A DNA stretch of 64,000 nt from Isurus oxyrinchus (lineage: Eukaryota): positions 372,001 to 436,000 of the forward strand of contig JANJGN010000071.1 in the NCBI GenBank assembly GCA_026770705.1, given 5' to 3'. The translations under genes were made by a program, and so were the position numbers. Below are positions 63,817-64,000 of this stretch, piece by piece. The first letter of the stretch is position 1. Every line of letters begins with the position of its first letter. Under the pieces are notes generated by a model that did not search any database, was not told the origin of the DNA, and saw nothing but the letters and a program-made list of their open reading frames with translations.

Positions 63817-64000
63817 GTGAGTTAACACAAACTTCAACATTACTCTCACATACACACACACACACACACACACACATACACACACACACACAGACACGTG
63901 CACACAAACAAGCATTCATGTGCAATCCCACATGTGCACAGGTGTGTACACCTGCATGCTCACACACACAGAAGGAAACATACACAGAATCACACGTGTG

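Overview
Vertebrate genomic DNA (probably a cartilaginous fish, inferred only from the repeat landscape) containing a tandem, + strand cluster of at least five Siglec-like Ig-superfamily genes. They are built from shared exon modules: an 85-nt upstream exon, a leader exon, a V-set exon with the Siglec signatures (EGSCVQIPC, GDCSLII, F-strand Y-F-F-R-I-E arginine), a CD33-like C2 exon, tandem 282-nt Ig exons, and TM and tail exons. I reconstructed the exons by hand from splice sites and phases. Gene A (1.2-5.2 kb) is a pseudogene with an Arg-containing TM. Gene B (7.9-26.8 kb) has one leader, two V exons, C2, a neutral TM and a duplicated tyrosine-motif tail (YANP, TEYAQI). Gene D (31.8-43.9 kb) has V, a frameshifted C2, a mini-exon, three Ig exons, a neutral TM and an unrelated tail ending in the ITIM SVYGNL. 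Gene E (47.7-52.8 kb) is an intact two-Ig activating-type receptor (Arg in TM, short tail). Gene F (from 56.5 kb) runs off the window. The V domain of activating E is almost identical to V2 of inhibitory B, suggesting a paired-receptor system. The rest is CR1/L2 LINE relics, a Gypsy gag relic, LTR-like inserts, Penelope fragments with hammerhead cores, and mini/microsatellites. Most long ORFs in the track are repeat artefacts.
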